Source: Tubulanus polymorphus
Lineage: Eukaryota > Animalia > Nemertea
NCBI RefSeq assembly: GCF_964204645.1
Contig: NC_134031.1
Location: 4,898,001 to 4,962,000 of the forward strand
DNA length: 64,000 bases
Direction of reading: 5' to 3'
A program made the position numbers and the translations under genes. Numbering within the stretch: position 1 is the stretch's first letter; every line of letters starts with the position of its first letter. Shown here piece after piece: positions 51,671 through 64,000 of the stretch. The notes below the pieces were generated by a model. That model was given only the letters and a program-made list of their open reading frames with translations, did not search any database and was not told the origin of the DNA.

Positions 51671-52750
51671 ATGAACGCGACTTTCAGTGTGAATTTGACC
51701 GCAGTCGCTACGACGACCGTCAAAGGATTCAGACCGCATTGGAGATGCAAATTCATCCATCATTCTGACTACAAACCGTTTTACTTGAACCTGTTTTACC
51801 AGATTAGGAACTGGGTCATCGCTAGCGTCGCTGTGTTTGGCGTTATCGTAAACATTTTGTCATTCGTGATTCTATATAAAGAAAACCGGAAAAATACGAG
51901 TATTTTCTATCTGAAATATCTGGCTATTCTCGACGTGTGTATGTGTGCGTCTTATCTTGTATTTGATTTCCAGAATGAATTGTACAGTCACACGTTATTA
52001 CTCGACCATACCTTACAATTCAACCACTTTATGAAAAGACTCTACCCGTACACGCAACAAGTAAGGTTCCGTTTTACTGGTGTGGCTGATTTGTCAATTC
52101 TGGTGATCGCTGTGGACAGATTGATCGTAGTTCGGTGGCCTCTAAAAGCCAGCACACTGATTTCAATGAGACGAGCTCGCATCAATGTAGTAGCTATAAC
52201 TTTATTTTTTGCCTTGATGTCGGTGCAGTCATTTTTTCTTAGATGGACTAGTAGGTCTATCAATCCGTGCACTGGACACGAAAGATGGGCAATGAAATAT
52301 ACATCTTTCAGTAAAAACCTTTACTTTCGCTATTACATGTTATTCGTAAATGCTACGATCTTTCATATAATTCCATCCATGGCCATTTTCATGATAACCA
52401 TAAATATAATTGTAATTCTGAAATGTACAAGATTAGCCAGAGAACACATTACGTCATCAACAGTTACTTCTAGGAATAAACAAGATCGAAGTTTGACGAT
52501 TTCTTTAGTTATTATTTGCTGTATACATTTGATAAAACGCTCTCTATTTTTGTCCGGTTCGATCAACAACTTGTTGTTGTATTTATATGGAAAGAAAGCT
52601 TTGCTTTTCCCCGGTAAAGGGCCTTATATAGACGGCGTGAAAGACTTGTTGAGAAAAGTTTCAGCATCGGCAAATTTCTTCATTTACGTCGCGATGAGAG
52701 AAAGTTTTCGTCGCCGACTTAATGAGATGTTTTGTAATTGTAAATACTGA
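51671..52750 (+). CDS. Rhodopsin-class GPCR, type B copy 1
   Basis: 359 aa, 7TM motifs, DRL; TM1 GN changed to VN. Confidence 0.88.
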   Translation: MNATFSVNLTAVATTTVKGFRPHWRCKFIHHSDYKPFYLNLFYQIRNWVIASVAVFGVIVNILSFVILYKENRKNTSIFYLKYLAILDVCMCASYLVFDFQNELYSHTLLLDHTLQFNHFMKRLYPYTQQVRFRFTGVADLSILVIAVDRLIVVRWPLKASTLISMRRARINVVAITLFFALMSVQSFFLRWTSRSINPCTGHERWAMKYTSFSKNLYFRYYMLFVNATIFHIIPSMAIFMITINIIVILKCTRLAREHITSSTVTSRNKQDRSLTISLVIICCIHLIKRSLFLSGSINNLLLYLYGKKALLFPGKGPYIDGVKDLLRKVSASANFFIYVAMRESFRRRLNEMFCNCKY

Positions 52751-53392
52751 ACTGCTTTATAAATGGGGTAGGATGCCGGCATAAAAACCTAGAAACTCGA
52801 GTGACCATCGGCATTCACACTGGATTACTGGGGAAGCCAATTGAGGAGGTGAAAGAAAGAAAAAAAATATCCAGGCAATGAGAACGAAGGTTTTGTACGC
52901 GGATCGCCAATTGTTGAACCTCGTTACAACAACTCGGACACAACGGTTCATGGGATGTTACAAATATAGAATTTCATCCTGAGTAAGACTAATAACTGGT
53001 TAATTTCATGCTGGATATAACCTTTCAGTTATAAGGAACATATTTTCTTGTCCCTTGAAGTTCGCTATATTAAGCAAGCTTATTCTCGTTAGGAAGATGA
53101 GCCTGATTGCCGTAGCACGATAATCACACAGTATGGAAATTTGTAGCAACTGAAAATATTAGTCCAATCAAACCATTTGAGTTGGGATATCTAAAACAAC
53201 TTGCATTCAAAATTATTGGATATCATTGGATAATGAACATTTCTACCATAAATGAACAACGACTTATCCATGCAAAAACTTGGTGTATTTAGAATCAAAT
53301 TTCACCTATTAAAATGGGTTATAACATTGAAAATATGGAATTTTAGTGAAACCCAGGTCGTGCGTGCGAGTTTAAACACGTCCCATTTCATT

Positions 53393-53620
53393 CAGGGCTG
53401 CCAACTGATTTTCTGTATTTGTTTATTCTATAATGCAAAATACGGATTTGATTTGTTTGATGCATACAGAGATATGAAAGATGTTAATGATGGTCTTACT
53501 CTTGATTACTGATTATTGATTACTGATTAATTTGAACATTTACTTTCATGTTTTAACAAAATGTTAATGAAAAAATTTCAACTTGTAACCGATAGCATTT
53601 TTCAGAGGTTGGCAGCCCTG
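53393..53620. mobile_element. MITE with 6-bp TSD TTCATT (duplicated at 58456-58687)
   Basis: TTCATT|CAGGGCTGCCAAC...GTTGGCAGCCCTG|TTCATT. Confidence 0.75.
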
Positions 53621-54262
53621 TTCATTATATTTCAGTTGATTTTTGCACTAGAGATTCAAAGCATTCGAAAAACATCTCAAGACGTTCCTAAAGGATACAA
53701 ATTGAAATATCAAATTCGTAGTAACTGATAATGAAATAAGTTTATTTTTTTCATAGCTCTTTTTCAACTGTCTTTTGCGAGGTAAAAATGTTTGTAAGAA
53801 TATTTCAATAAAGGTAGATATTACATAAAACGTTCCGTTACGATTTCAGTTGCGCGCTCCATGTAAGAATTTTTTTAAAGACTTCACTGATCGATTGCAG
53901 ATATAGACTAAAATTGAAGACGAAAAATCAAAAATTACAACGACATTCATTTAGCAATTGTCAATCTGCGATCAAATCCACCAAAACGCCAGCTACGTAG
54001 ATATCGTAATTGATTCGAAGAAAATTTGATTATTTTGAGCGAGCTGTTTGTTTAAATCGCTAAAAACTTTGTACCTACCTCGGGGCCAGATCGAGATGGA
54101 GCCTGAGGAGCACGTGCACCCATCACTATTTTCCTATGCCCTTTTGAAAAATGGCAGCGATTTTTTTCAAGGAATTTTCCATCCATTATTAATGGAAAAG
54201 CAGCCAGGTGCCGTAGACTTAAGCTTGTATTCTCTTAAAAGTGCCTGGAGATTGCTTAAAAA

Positions 54263-55319
54263 TGCTACGACAACCATCAAAGGATTCAGACCGCATTCTA
54301 GATGCAAATTCATCCATCATTCCGACTACAAACCGTTTAACTTGAACATGTTTTACCAGGTTAAGAACTGGGTCGTCGCTAGCGTCGCTGTGTTCGGGGT
54401 TATCGGAAACGTTTTGTCATTCGTGATTCTGCGCAAAGAAATCTCGAAAAATACAAGTATTTTCTATCTGAAATATCTGGCTATTCTCGACGTGTGTATG
54501 TGTGCGTCTTATCTTGTATTTGATTTCCAGAATGAATTGTACAGTCACACGTTATTACTCGACCATACCTTACAATTCAACCACTTGATGAAAAGACTCT
54601 ACCCGTACACGCAGCAAATTAGGTTTTGTTTTTCGGGTGTCGCTGACATGTTAATTCTGGTGATCGCTGTGGACAGATTTATTGTAGTTCGGTGGCCTCT
54701 AAAAGCCAGCACACTGATTTCAATGAAACGAGCTCACATCAATGTAGTAGCTATAACTTCATTAGTTGAAGTGACGTGTGTGCAATTGTTTTTTAAACGA
54801 TGGACTAGTAGGTCTATCAATCCTTGCACTTGATACGAAAGATGGACCACGAGGATAACTGCGTTCAGTAAAAACCTTTACTATCGTTATTACATGTTAT
54901 TCGTACACGCCCCGATCTTTCATATGATTCCATCAGTGGCCATTTTCATGATTACCATGAATATAATTGTAATACTGAAATCTTCAAGCGATACCTGAAA
55001 ACACATGATGTCATCAACAGTTCCTTCTAGGAATAAACGAGATCGAAGTTTGACAATTTCTTTAGTTATTATTTGCTGTATACATTTGATAAAACGCTCT
55101 CTACTTTTGTCTGGTGCGATCAACAACTTGTTATTGTATAAATACGGAAAGCAAGCTTTGCTGTTACCCGGTAAAGCACCTTATATGGACGGAGTAAAAG
55201 TCTTGATGAGAAAAGTTTCGGCGTCCGCGAATTTCTTCATTTACGTCGCTATGAGAGAAAGTTTTCGTCACCGACTTCGCAAAATGTGTTTCGTTATCAG
55301 AACAAATGGCAGTGATTAA
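54263..55319 (+). pseudogene. Type A GPCR pseudogene
   Basis: Lacks the ATG and first 12 codons (duplication breakpoint); nonsense GGA>TGA at 54831 and AGA>TGA at 54996. Confidence 0.9.
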
Positions 55320-56717
55320 CCAGGATGAGCGGTGATGCTGAAACCGTTAGGTACAGGCAGTTACTAGACAAGCAACCTAGAGACTCAGTTACCATCAGCA
55401 TTCACACATTGCAGTTTCCAGTATTGCCATGTCTATGGGTTCCCGGTCGTTCGGCAATGTTGAATATTTTGTCTGTCTCTTTTTTTCAATGAGGCTCGTC
55501 ATTTAGTTCACATCTCTGGATTGGATTCAGAATGTTACTTGTATTCTGATTTCATTAGCACCCGCTGGTGAGTAATCGTCTCCGCGCGATCACGGCCTAG
55601 GTCTTACGAGAATGGTCGCTTACGTGTGTTGTGCTTCATGAATTCATCTATTTCATTAATAGGGGTAACTAGCCGATTTTACTTAAAGTTATCACTGAAT
55701 CTTCGTGTTTTTTCACACACTGATAGCTATCTGTATGAACTGAAGGCACGGCTATTTCTTTACTTGAAAACAATTACGTGGCTCTGAATAAACACTTAAA
55801 AACACTTGTCAAGCATCTGTTGCAATAGGGACTTATTACATTATAGCAAATAGTGAGAATCAAGTTGCAGTTACTTTCAACGCACGACTTATAAAAAAAC
55901 ACGTATCCAAGGGAATTGTCTAGTTGAATGCCCGGATATTTACCTCTTATAATGTTACTCGTTTATATTTTCATTTCATCAACACGCGCTGATGAGGAGT
56001 GGTCTTCACGAATTCATCTATTCCATAAACGGCAGAGTTAGTAACAAGCTGATTTTGGTCAGTTGTTACTGAATCACACCTGATTACTATCTGCGTGAAC
56101 TGACGACTAATCTCGTTAGTTGAAAACAACAACGTGGACCCCAATAAAATCCTGTGGCTCAGTTTCACAAAAAAGTTTAACTGAAATTTTTGGTGTATTA
56201 TTATGAATCAAAGTTACAAAAGCACTGTCGGGCCGTAAACATCGAAACTTGGGCCCAATTCAATGAGGTGACATGTTTGCTGCGGGCTTCAAACAGTTAG
56301 TTTCTTTATCGGATATTTACTACGATGAATCATTAGAGTACCGAGTCGTATAGGCTCGCCATGGACGGCATTTTACCTCAACTGATGATCGATCTTATTG
56401 CGACTAACTCCTAAAACGGAATGATTAACCGTGGCTCGGCTCGTGTTAATGACCATACGTTGCTTTATTAATACGTGATTCGTGAAAAATGAAGGAATTT
56501 CAACATTTTGAACCAAATAATTCTTCGGATTTACGCAGGGAATTTAGTGTTATGATTATCGCTAGTTGATGATCGATATAAATTTTAATGATGTAAGAAA
56601 TATTTCTACCGGAGAAAATGAGGATCATATTCGACGAGAGGAGATCTTTTTCCGATTTAATGAGGAATAATATTCATAACTACTGCAGCAGTTTTCAGAT
56701 GTCACTCACAGTTAGAG

Positions 56718-57797
56718 ATGAACGCGACTTTCAGTGTGAATTTGACTGCAGTCGCTACAACGACCGTCGAAGGATTCAGACCGCATTGGAGATGCAAATT
56801 CATCCATCATTCCGATTACAAACCATTTTACGTGAACCTGTTTTACCAGATTAAGAACTGGGTCATCGCTAGCCTCGCTGCGTTCGGGGTTATTGGAAAC
56901 ATTTTGTCATTCGTGATTCTGCGCACGGACAACCGGAAAAATACGAGTATTTTCTATCTGAAATATCTGGCTATCCTCGACGTGTGTATGTGTGCGTCTT
57001 ATCTTGTATTTGATTTCCAGAATGAATTGTACAGTCACACGTTATTACTCGACCATACCTTACAATTCAACCACTTTATGAAGAGGCTCTACCCGTACAC
57101 GCAACAAGTAAGGTTCCGTTTTTCTGGTGTGGCTGATTTGTTAATTCTGGTGATCGCTGTGGACAGATTGATCGTAGTTCGGTGGCCTCTAAAAGCCAGC
57201 ACACTGATTTCAATGAAACGAGCTCGCATCAATGTAGTAGCTATAACTTTATTTATTGCCTTGATGTCGGTGCAGTCGTTTTTTCTTAGATGGACTAGTA
57301 GGTCTATCAATCCGTGCACTGGACACGAAAGATGGGCAATGAAATATACATCTTTCAGTAAAAACCTTTACTTTCGCTATTACATGTTATTCGTAAATGC
57401 TACGATCTTTCATATAATTCCATCCATGGCCATTTTCATGATTACCATAAATATAATTGTAATTCTGAAATGTACAAGATTAGCCAGAGAACACATTGCG
57501 TCATCAACAGTTACTTCTAGGAATAAACAAGATCGAAGTTTGACGATTTCTTTAGTTATTATTTGCTGTATACATTTGATAAAACGCTCTCTACTTTTGT
57601 CCGGTTCGATCAACAACTTGTTGTTGTATTTATATGGAAAGAAAGCTTTGCTTTTCCCCGGTAAAGGGCCTTATATAGACGGCGTGAAAGACTTGTTGAG
57701 AAAAGTTTCAGCATCTGCAAATTTCTTCATTTACGTCGCGATGAGAGAAAGTTTTCGTCGCCGACTTAATGAGATGTTTTGTAATTGTAAATACTGA
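56718..57797 (+). CDS. Rhodopsin-class GPCR, type B copy 2
   Basis: 359 aa, intact, close paralog of 51671-52750. Confidence 0.88.
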   Translation: MNATFSVNLTAVATTTVEGFRPHWRCKFIHHSDYKPFYVNLFYQIKNWVIASLAAFGVIGNILSFVILRTDNRKNTSIFYLKYLAILDVCMCASYLVFDFQNELYSHTLLLDHTLQFNHFMKRLYPYTQQVRFRFSGVADLLILVIAVDRLIVVRWPLKASTLISMKRARINVVAITLFIALMSVQSFFLRWTSRSINPCTGHERWAMKYTSFSKNLYFRYYMLFVNATIFHIIPSMAIFMITINIIVILKCTRLAREHIASSTVTSRNKQDRSLTISLVIICCIHLIKRSLLLSGSINNLLLYLYGKKALLFPGKGPYIDGVKDLLRKVSASANFFIYVAMRESFRRRLNEMFCNCKY

Positions 57798-60192
57798 ACT
57801 GCTTTATAAATGGGGTAGGATGCCGGCATAAAAACCTAGAAACTCGAGTGACCATCGGCATTCACACTGGATTACTGGGGAAGCCAATTGAGGAGGTGAA
57901 AGAAAGAAAAAAAAATCTAGAAAATATCCAGGCAATGAGAACGAAGGTTTTGTACGCGGATCGCCAATTGTTGAACCTCGTTACAACAACTCGGACACAA
58001 CGGTTCATGGGATGTTACAAATATAGAATTTCATCCTGAGTAAGACTAATTGATTAATTTCATGCTGGATATAACCTCTCTTATAACGAACATATTTTCT
58101 GGTCCCGTGAAGTTCGCTGTATCAAACGAGCTTATTCTCGTTAGGAAGATGAGCCTGATTGCCGTAGCACGATAATCACACAGTATAGAAATTTGTAGCA
58201 ACTGAAAATATTAGTCCAATCAAACTATTTGAGTTGGGATATCTAAAACAACTTACATTCAAAATTATTGCATATCATTGGATAATGAACATTTCTACCA
58301 TAAATGAACAACGACTTATCCATGCAAAAACTTGGCGTATTTAGAATCAAATTTCACCTATTAAAATGATTCCTGATGGAGTTATGACATTGAACGTATG
58401 GAATTTTAGTGAAACCCAGGTCGTGCGTGTAAGTTTAAATACGTCCCATTTCATTCAGGGCTGCCAACTGATTTTCTGTATTTGTTTATTCTATAACGCA
58501 AAATACGGATTTGATTTGTTTGATGTATACAGAGATATGAAAGATGTTACTGATGGTCTTACTCTTGATTACTGATTAATTTGAACATTTACTTTCATGT
58601 TTTAACAAAATGTTACTGACATTTACTTTCATGTTTTAACAAAATGTTACTGAAAAAAATTCAACTTGTAAGAGGTTGGCAGCCCTGTTAATTATATTTC
58701 AGTTGATTTTTTTGCACTAGAGATTCAAGCATTCGAAAACATCTCAAGACGTTCCTAAAGCATACAAATTGAAATAACAAATTCGTAGTAACTGATAATG
58801 AAATAAGTTTATTTTTTCATAGCTCTTTTTCAATTGTCTTTTGCGAAGTAAAAAAGTTTTTAAGAATGTTTCAATAAAGGTAGATATAACATAAAAAAAC
58901 AACTCTTTCCGTTACGATTTCAGGTGCGCGCTCCATGTAGGAATTTTTTCAAGACTTCACTTAACGATCGCAGATATAGACTAAAATTGAAGACGAAAAA
59001 TCAAAAATTACAACGACATTCATTTAGCAATTGTCAAGCAATATCTGCGATCAAATCCACAAAAAGGCCAGCTACGTAGATATTGTAATTGATTCGAAGA
59101 AAATTTGATTATTTTGAGCGAGCTGTTTGTTTTAATCGCTAAAAACTTTGTACCTACCTCGGGGCCAGATCGAGATGGAGCCCGAGGAGCACGTGCACCC
59201 GTCACCATTTTCCTATGCCCATGCCCATTTGAAAAATGGCAGCGATTTTGTTCAAGGAATTTTCCACCCATTATTAATGGAAAAGCAGCCAGGTGCCGTA
59301 GACTTAAGCTTGTATTCTCTTAAAAGTCAATCAAGTGCCTGGAGATTGCAGTGAAATTTTAAAATTTTCTAGCTAAATTTGGCGTCGACTTGCTTATTTA
59401 GTGGACGACCTGCCCTTTGTCCTTATGATGCCCTTTTCACTTCTTTGTGCTCCTGTCAGTCTGCAGCTAGATCAGCCCCCATAAACTATATTTTCATTTG
59501 GTTACCAGTGGCCTCTATGGGTCAGTACATTTTTGGTAGGTGATAGGTTATGAATTCCATGGACATAGGTTTCGATATTCCCACATGGTCTCCACTGGCA
59601 TCCCTAAAACATTCTGAAATTCGGAAATGCTCCTACTAAATTCTAAGCCAATGAAGTGAAAAGCTTGAACTGCTGGACCAAAAACGCCATTCGTTTCCAC
59701 AGGTTTTTCGCTTGTCGCAGATATGAATGTTGATGACGGCAGAAAAAATCCTAATGGGAAAATCGGCATCAGTTTAGATGTGAAATATATCTTTTTTCTG
59801 ATTTAATTAGATGATATTTTTTCTGAGGTTGACACTTGATGCAAGGCCTATAAGCCTCTAGTTTAAAATGGATTTAGCTGTGTGCAATTAACTGAGTGTA
59901 TTGGTATTAAGCATTACGAAGCACATCTCATGAATTGTTGATTAACGGTGGGTCTTGAATCAGTAAGCGAGGTAGCGCAAAATTCGGCGCGAAAATCCTT
60001 TCCAAAATTTCGCTGATTAGCCTTGGGAACTATATTGAAAATATATGAAAAATACAATCGCTAAAAGATTTGTTTTTTTTCGGAAAATTGGTCTCTCAAC
60101 TTCTGTTGATTGTGATGAAAAGTGTTAATATTGTTAACCGTAGTTTTCTCAAAAATACTGCAGCAGTTTTCAAACGTCACTCACAGTTAGAG

Positions 60193-61332
60193 ATGAACGT
60201 GACTTTCAGTGTGAATTTGACCGCAGTCGCTACGACGACCATCAAAGGATTCAGACCGCATTCTAGATGCAAATTCATCCATCATTCCGACTACAAACCG
60301 TTTAACTTGAACCTGTTTTACCAGATCAAGAACTGGGTCGTCGCTAGTGTCGCTGTGTTCGGCGTTATCGGAAACATTTTGTCGTTCGTGATTCTGCGCA
60401 AGGAAAACCGGAAAAATACGAGTATTTTCTATCTGAAATATCTGGCTATTCTCGACGCGTGCATGTGTGCGTCTTATCTTGTATTTGATTTCCAGAATGA
60501 ATTGTACAGTCACACGTTATTACTCGACCATACCTTACAATTCAACCACTTTATGAAGAGACTCTACCCGTACACGCAACAAGTAAGGTTCCGTTTTTCT
60601 GGTGTGGCTGATTTGTTAATTCTGGTGATCGCTGTGGACAGATTGATCGTAGTTCGGTGGCCTCTAAAAGCCAGCACACTGATTTCAATGAGACGAGCTT
60701 GTATCAATGTAGTAGCTATAACTTTATTTATTGCCTTGATGTCGGTGCAGTCGTTTTTTCTTAAATGGACTCGTAGGTCTATCAATCCGTGCACTGGACA
60801 CGAAAGATGGGCAATGAAGATAACTGCTTTCAGTAAAAACACTTACTATCGTTATTACATGTTATTCGTTTATGCACCAATTTTTCATATAATTCCTTCT
60901 GTGACCATTTCCATAATTACCATACGTATACTTGTAATACTGAAATCTTCAAGCGATACCAGAAAACACATGACGTCATCAACAGTTCCTTCTAGGAATA
61001 AACAAGATCGAAGTTTGACGATTTCTTTAGTTATTATTTGCTGTATACATTTGATAAAACGCTCTCTACTTTTGTCCGGTGCGATCAACAACTTGTTGTT
61101 GTATAAATACGGAAAGAAAGCTTTGTTGTTACCCAGTAAAGCACCTTATATGGACGGCGTAAAAGACTTGATGAGAAAAATTTCAGCGTCCGCGAATTTC
61201 TTCATTTACGTCGCTATGAGAGAAAGTTTTCGTCACCGACTTCTCAAAATGTGTTTCGTTATCAGAACAAATGGCAGTGATGAACCAGGATTAGCGGTGA
61301 TGCTGAAACCGTTAGGTACAGGCAGTTACTAG
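60193..61332 (+). CDS. Rhodopsin-class GPCR, A/B mosaic with extended C-tail
   Basis: ATG at 60193; B-like TM3-TM4, A-like N-terminus and ICL3-to-C-terminus, extra EPGLAVMLKPLGTGSY. Confidence 0.88.
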   Translation: MNVTFSVNLTAVATTTIKGFRPHSRCKFIHHSDYKPFNLNLFYQIKNWVVASVAVFGVIGNILSFVILRKENRKNTSIFYLKYLAILDACMCASYLVFDFQNELYSHTLLLDHTLQFNHFMKRLYPYTQQVRFRFSGVADLLILVIAVDRLIVVRWPLKASTLISMRRACINVVAITLFIALMSVQSFFLKWTRRSINPCTGHERWAMKITAFSKNTYYRYYMLFVYAPIFHIIPSVTISIITIRILVILKSSSDTRKHMTSSTVPSRNKQDRSLTISLVIICCIHLIKRSLLLSGAINNLLLYKYGKKALLLPSKAPYMDGVKDLMRKISASANFFIYVAMRESFRHRLLKMCFVIRTNGSDEPGLAVMLKPLGTGSY

Positions 61333-61956
61333 ACAAGCAACCTAGAGACTCAGTTACCATTAGCATTCACACCTTATTACAGTTTCCAGTATTGCCATGT
61401 CTGGGTTCCCGGTCGTTCGGCATTGTTGAATATTTTGTCTGTCTCTTTTTTGGTTTACCTTTGTCAGCGATATGATGTTGGCATTGAGCCAATTCATGTA
61501 AAATCGCGGTACGTTTTTTTATGTGAGCATTTGTTTCATTGGTTCTCGGCTTAAAAGACGTATAATCGATGCGATTGAAGACATGGCGAACCTCCGTCGA
61601 TGACATGGTCAACTGAGTTAAAATTCTACGAAAAACTGTTTTTGGCGGGAAAATTCTTAGCTCTCGCGTATAAAATTGCAATGACCTCGATTGGGGGGCG
61701 TTGTCTCTACGAACAAATGGGATTGTTTTTTGGATATACGGGGAATTCCGGCGCTACTAAAATTATGGGAAAGCCATAGAATGGTGTACGTTTCATTGGA
61801 CTAGGTGCCGTATACGTGCCGATTTCAAATGCTCATTGCTGGTGATCTGCCATAGGTATTGTTTCATTTTAATACCCGGTGATTGTTTTGATTGACATTG
61901 AGGTGTAAGCGAATATTCACTTACACGAGGCCTCCACATGCACGCGGAGTGCTACA

Positions 61957-62872
<916 letters not shown>

Positions 62873-63196
62873 GCTCGTACAGTACACTACGGTGATGCTG
62901 TAACGCGTGAACGTTTGATATGAAAATAGGCTGAATAATCATAGCAGAAGATGAGCGCTGTGTTTTCTGTTCGATAGAATTTGTAATAAATTGTAATTTC
63001 TTGTGACCTGAAAATACTAAGCAGCAAACTAAAAGGTCTGTCGAGGTCTGAATATTGTAGTGGTAAATTCCAGGACTTAAAACGATCTAATAGCCGATTT
63101 CTTCTGTACCACCGATATTTTAGCTTCCGTGGCCAACATTGGAAGTGGTTTCCAAGACCCAATATTCAGCCACCCTCTGATATGTGATGAATTTTA

Positions 63197-63763
63197 GGCC
63201 ATCCCAAAATAATGGTCTGTTTGCCGTAACCCGACCAACCTGACTTCAGAGGTACCGAGTGAAAACTTTTTTCTAGGATTCATTGAAATAAATTTTATTT
63301 TTGATAAAAACAGCCGACCGACTATGAGCTACGTATGTTTGAATTCTAGTGTGCATGGTGTGAAAACATGCCTTGACATGTGGCCTAGTTTAAGTTTCCA
63401 GGAAACTGGCAGTGTTCCAATAAGCTGCCATTCATTCTAATAGTGACTAAAGTGACTGAATAGCTGGTAACGTGAAAGCGCGCACATATTCAATGTACCG
63501 TTTCATTTTTAAGACAGAGATGACGCTCTGGACGAAGTTATAATTTTAGAATAATTCTTGAAATCTACGCTATTAGACAAATGTCCTGTGCACAACGTAG
63601 ATGATTTTTTGCGATATTGTTTCCATGTAAAAAAGCCCAAAGGTGAAAAATTTGTTTTTTTTTTGCCCAAAAATTTTGCAAAAAAAAATTCTACCTACCT
63701 ACCGACTCATCCTGAAAAGTTGAGTCGGTGTTGCAGCAAACAGACAATTATTTTGGGATGGCC
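63197..63763. mobile_element. PIF/Harbinger-type MITE
   Basis: TIRs GGCCATCCCAAAATAAT.GTCTGTTTGC; TTA TSD. Confidence 0.8.
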
Positions 63764-64000
63764 TTATTTGAATATTTTTTCATATCATATTAAACATATT
63801 TTTTTGAAAATATAAAATAGTTTCCCTGCCGTGCCTACCTGTACCCTACAAACTTTTAGACGTGGACCGCAAACAAATGTATATCTTTGGTCTTATTTGA
63901 CTACAAAATAATTCTTTAGGAAAGATAAAATACAATATAAACTGTGGATCTTTGAAGTCACGAATTAAAAAGATTTTTCAAGCAATGCCCTTACTCCAAA

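Larger units (their letters stand above)
49218..59349 (+). repeat. ~5.05-kb tandem segmental duplication (49218-54255 / 54263-59349) carrying an A+B GPCR pair
   Basis: Genes, intergenic DNA and an embedded MITE are repeated at high identity; junction GGAGATTGC-ttaaaaat-GCTACGAC. Confidence 0.9.

Noticed and set aside
54048-54262. Novel N-terminus fused to the GPCR in ORF 54048-54833
   Set aside because: Non-ATG start in duplicated intergenic DNA; the equivalent at ~59100-59350 is frameshifted and the GPCR part has stops.

Overview
Eukaryotic (invertebrate, probably lophotrochozoan-like) genomic DNA. From left to right: (1) the 5' end of a minus-strand SLC31/Ctr copper transporter gene running off the window. 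(2) A ~43-kb minus-strand PRRC2 (BAT2-family) gene with 33 hand-spliced, phase-consistent coding exons (~2970 aa) and a ~3.3-kb 3'UTR. (3) A plus-strand tandem cluster of five single-coding-exon rhodopsin-class (FMRFamide-receptor-like) GPCR copies, one a pseudogene and one a mosaic. (4) A ~0.9-kb perfect (CA)n tract. The PRRC2 introns hold two near-identical, intact ~6.1-kb DIRS1-type tyrosine-recombinase retrotransposons, many MITEs, and ~23 box C/D snoRNA copies of five families: U36-, U48-, U76- and U35-like, plus an orphan family carrying a U1-like ACUUACCUG. Several snoRNAs sit as multi-copy arrays or two-snoRNA cassettes inside single introns. Other notable signals: in-frame gag-UGA-recombinase arrangement in the DIRS, ICR/terminus covariation between the two DIRS copies, two weak overlapping uAUGs before the PRRC2 start, and 14 Pumilio elements in 1.3 kb of the PRRC2 3'UTR. 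Family names and rRNA targets come from recalled sequences, not database searches.
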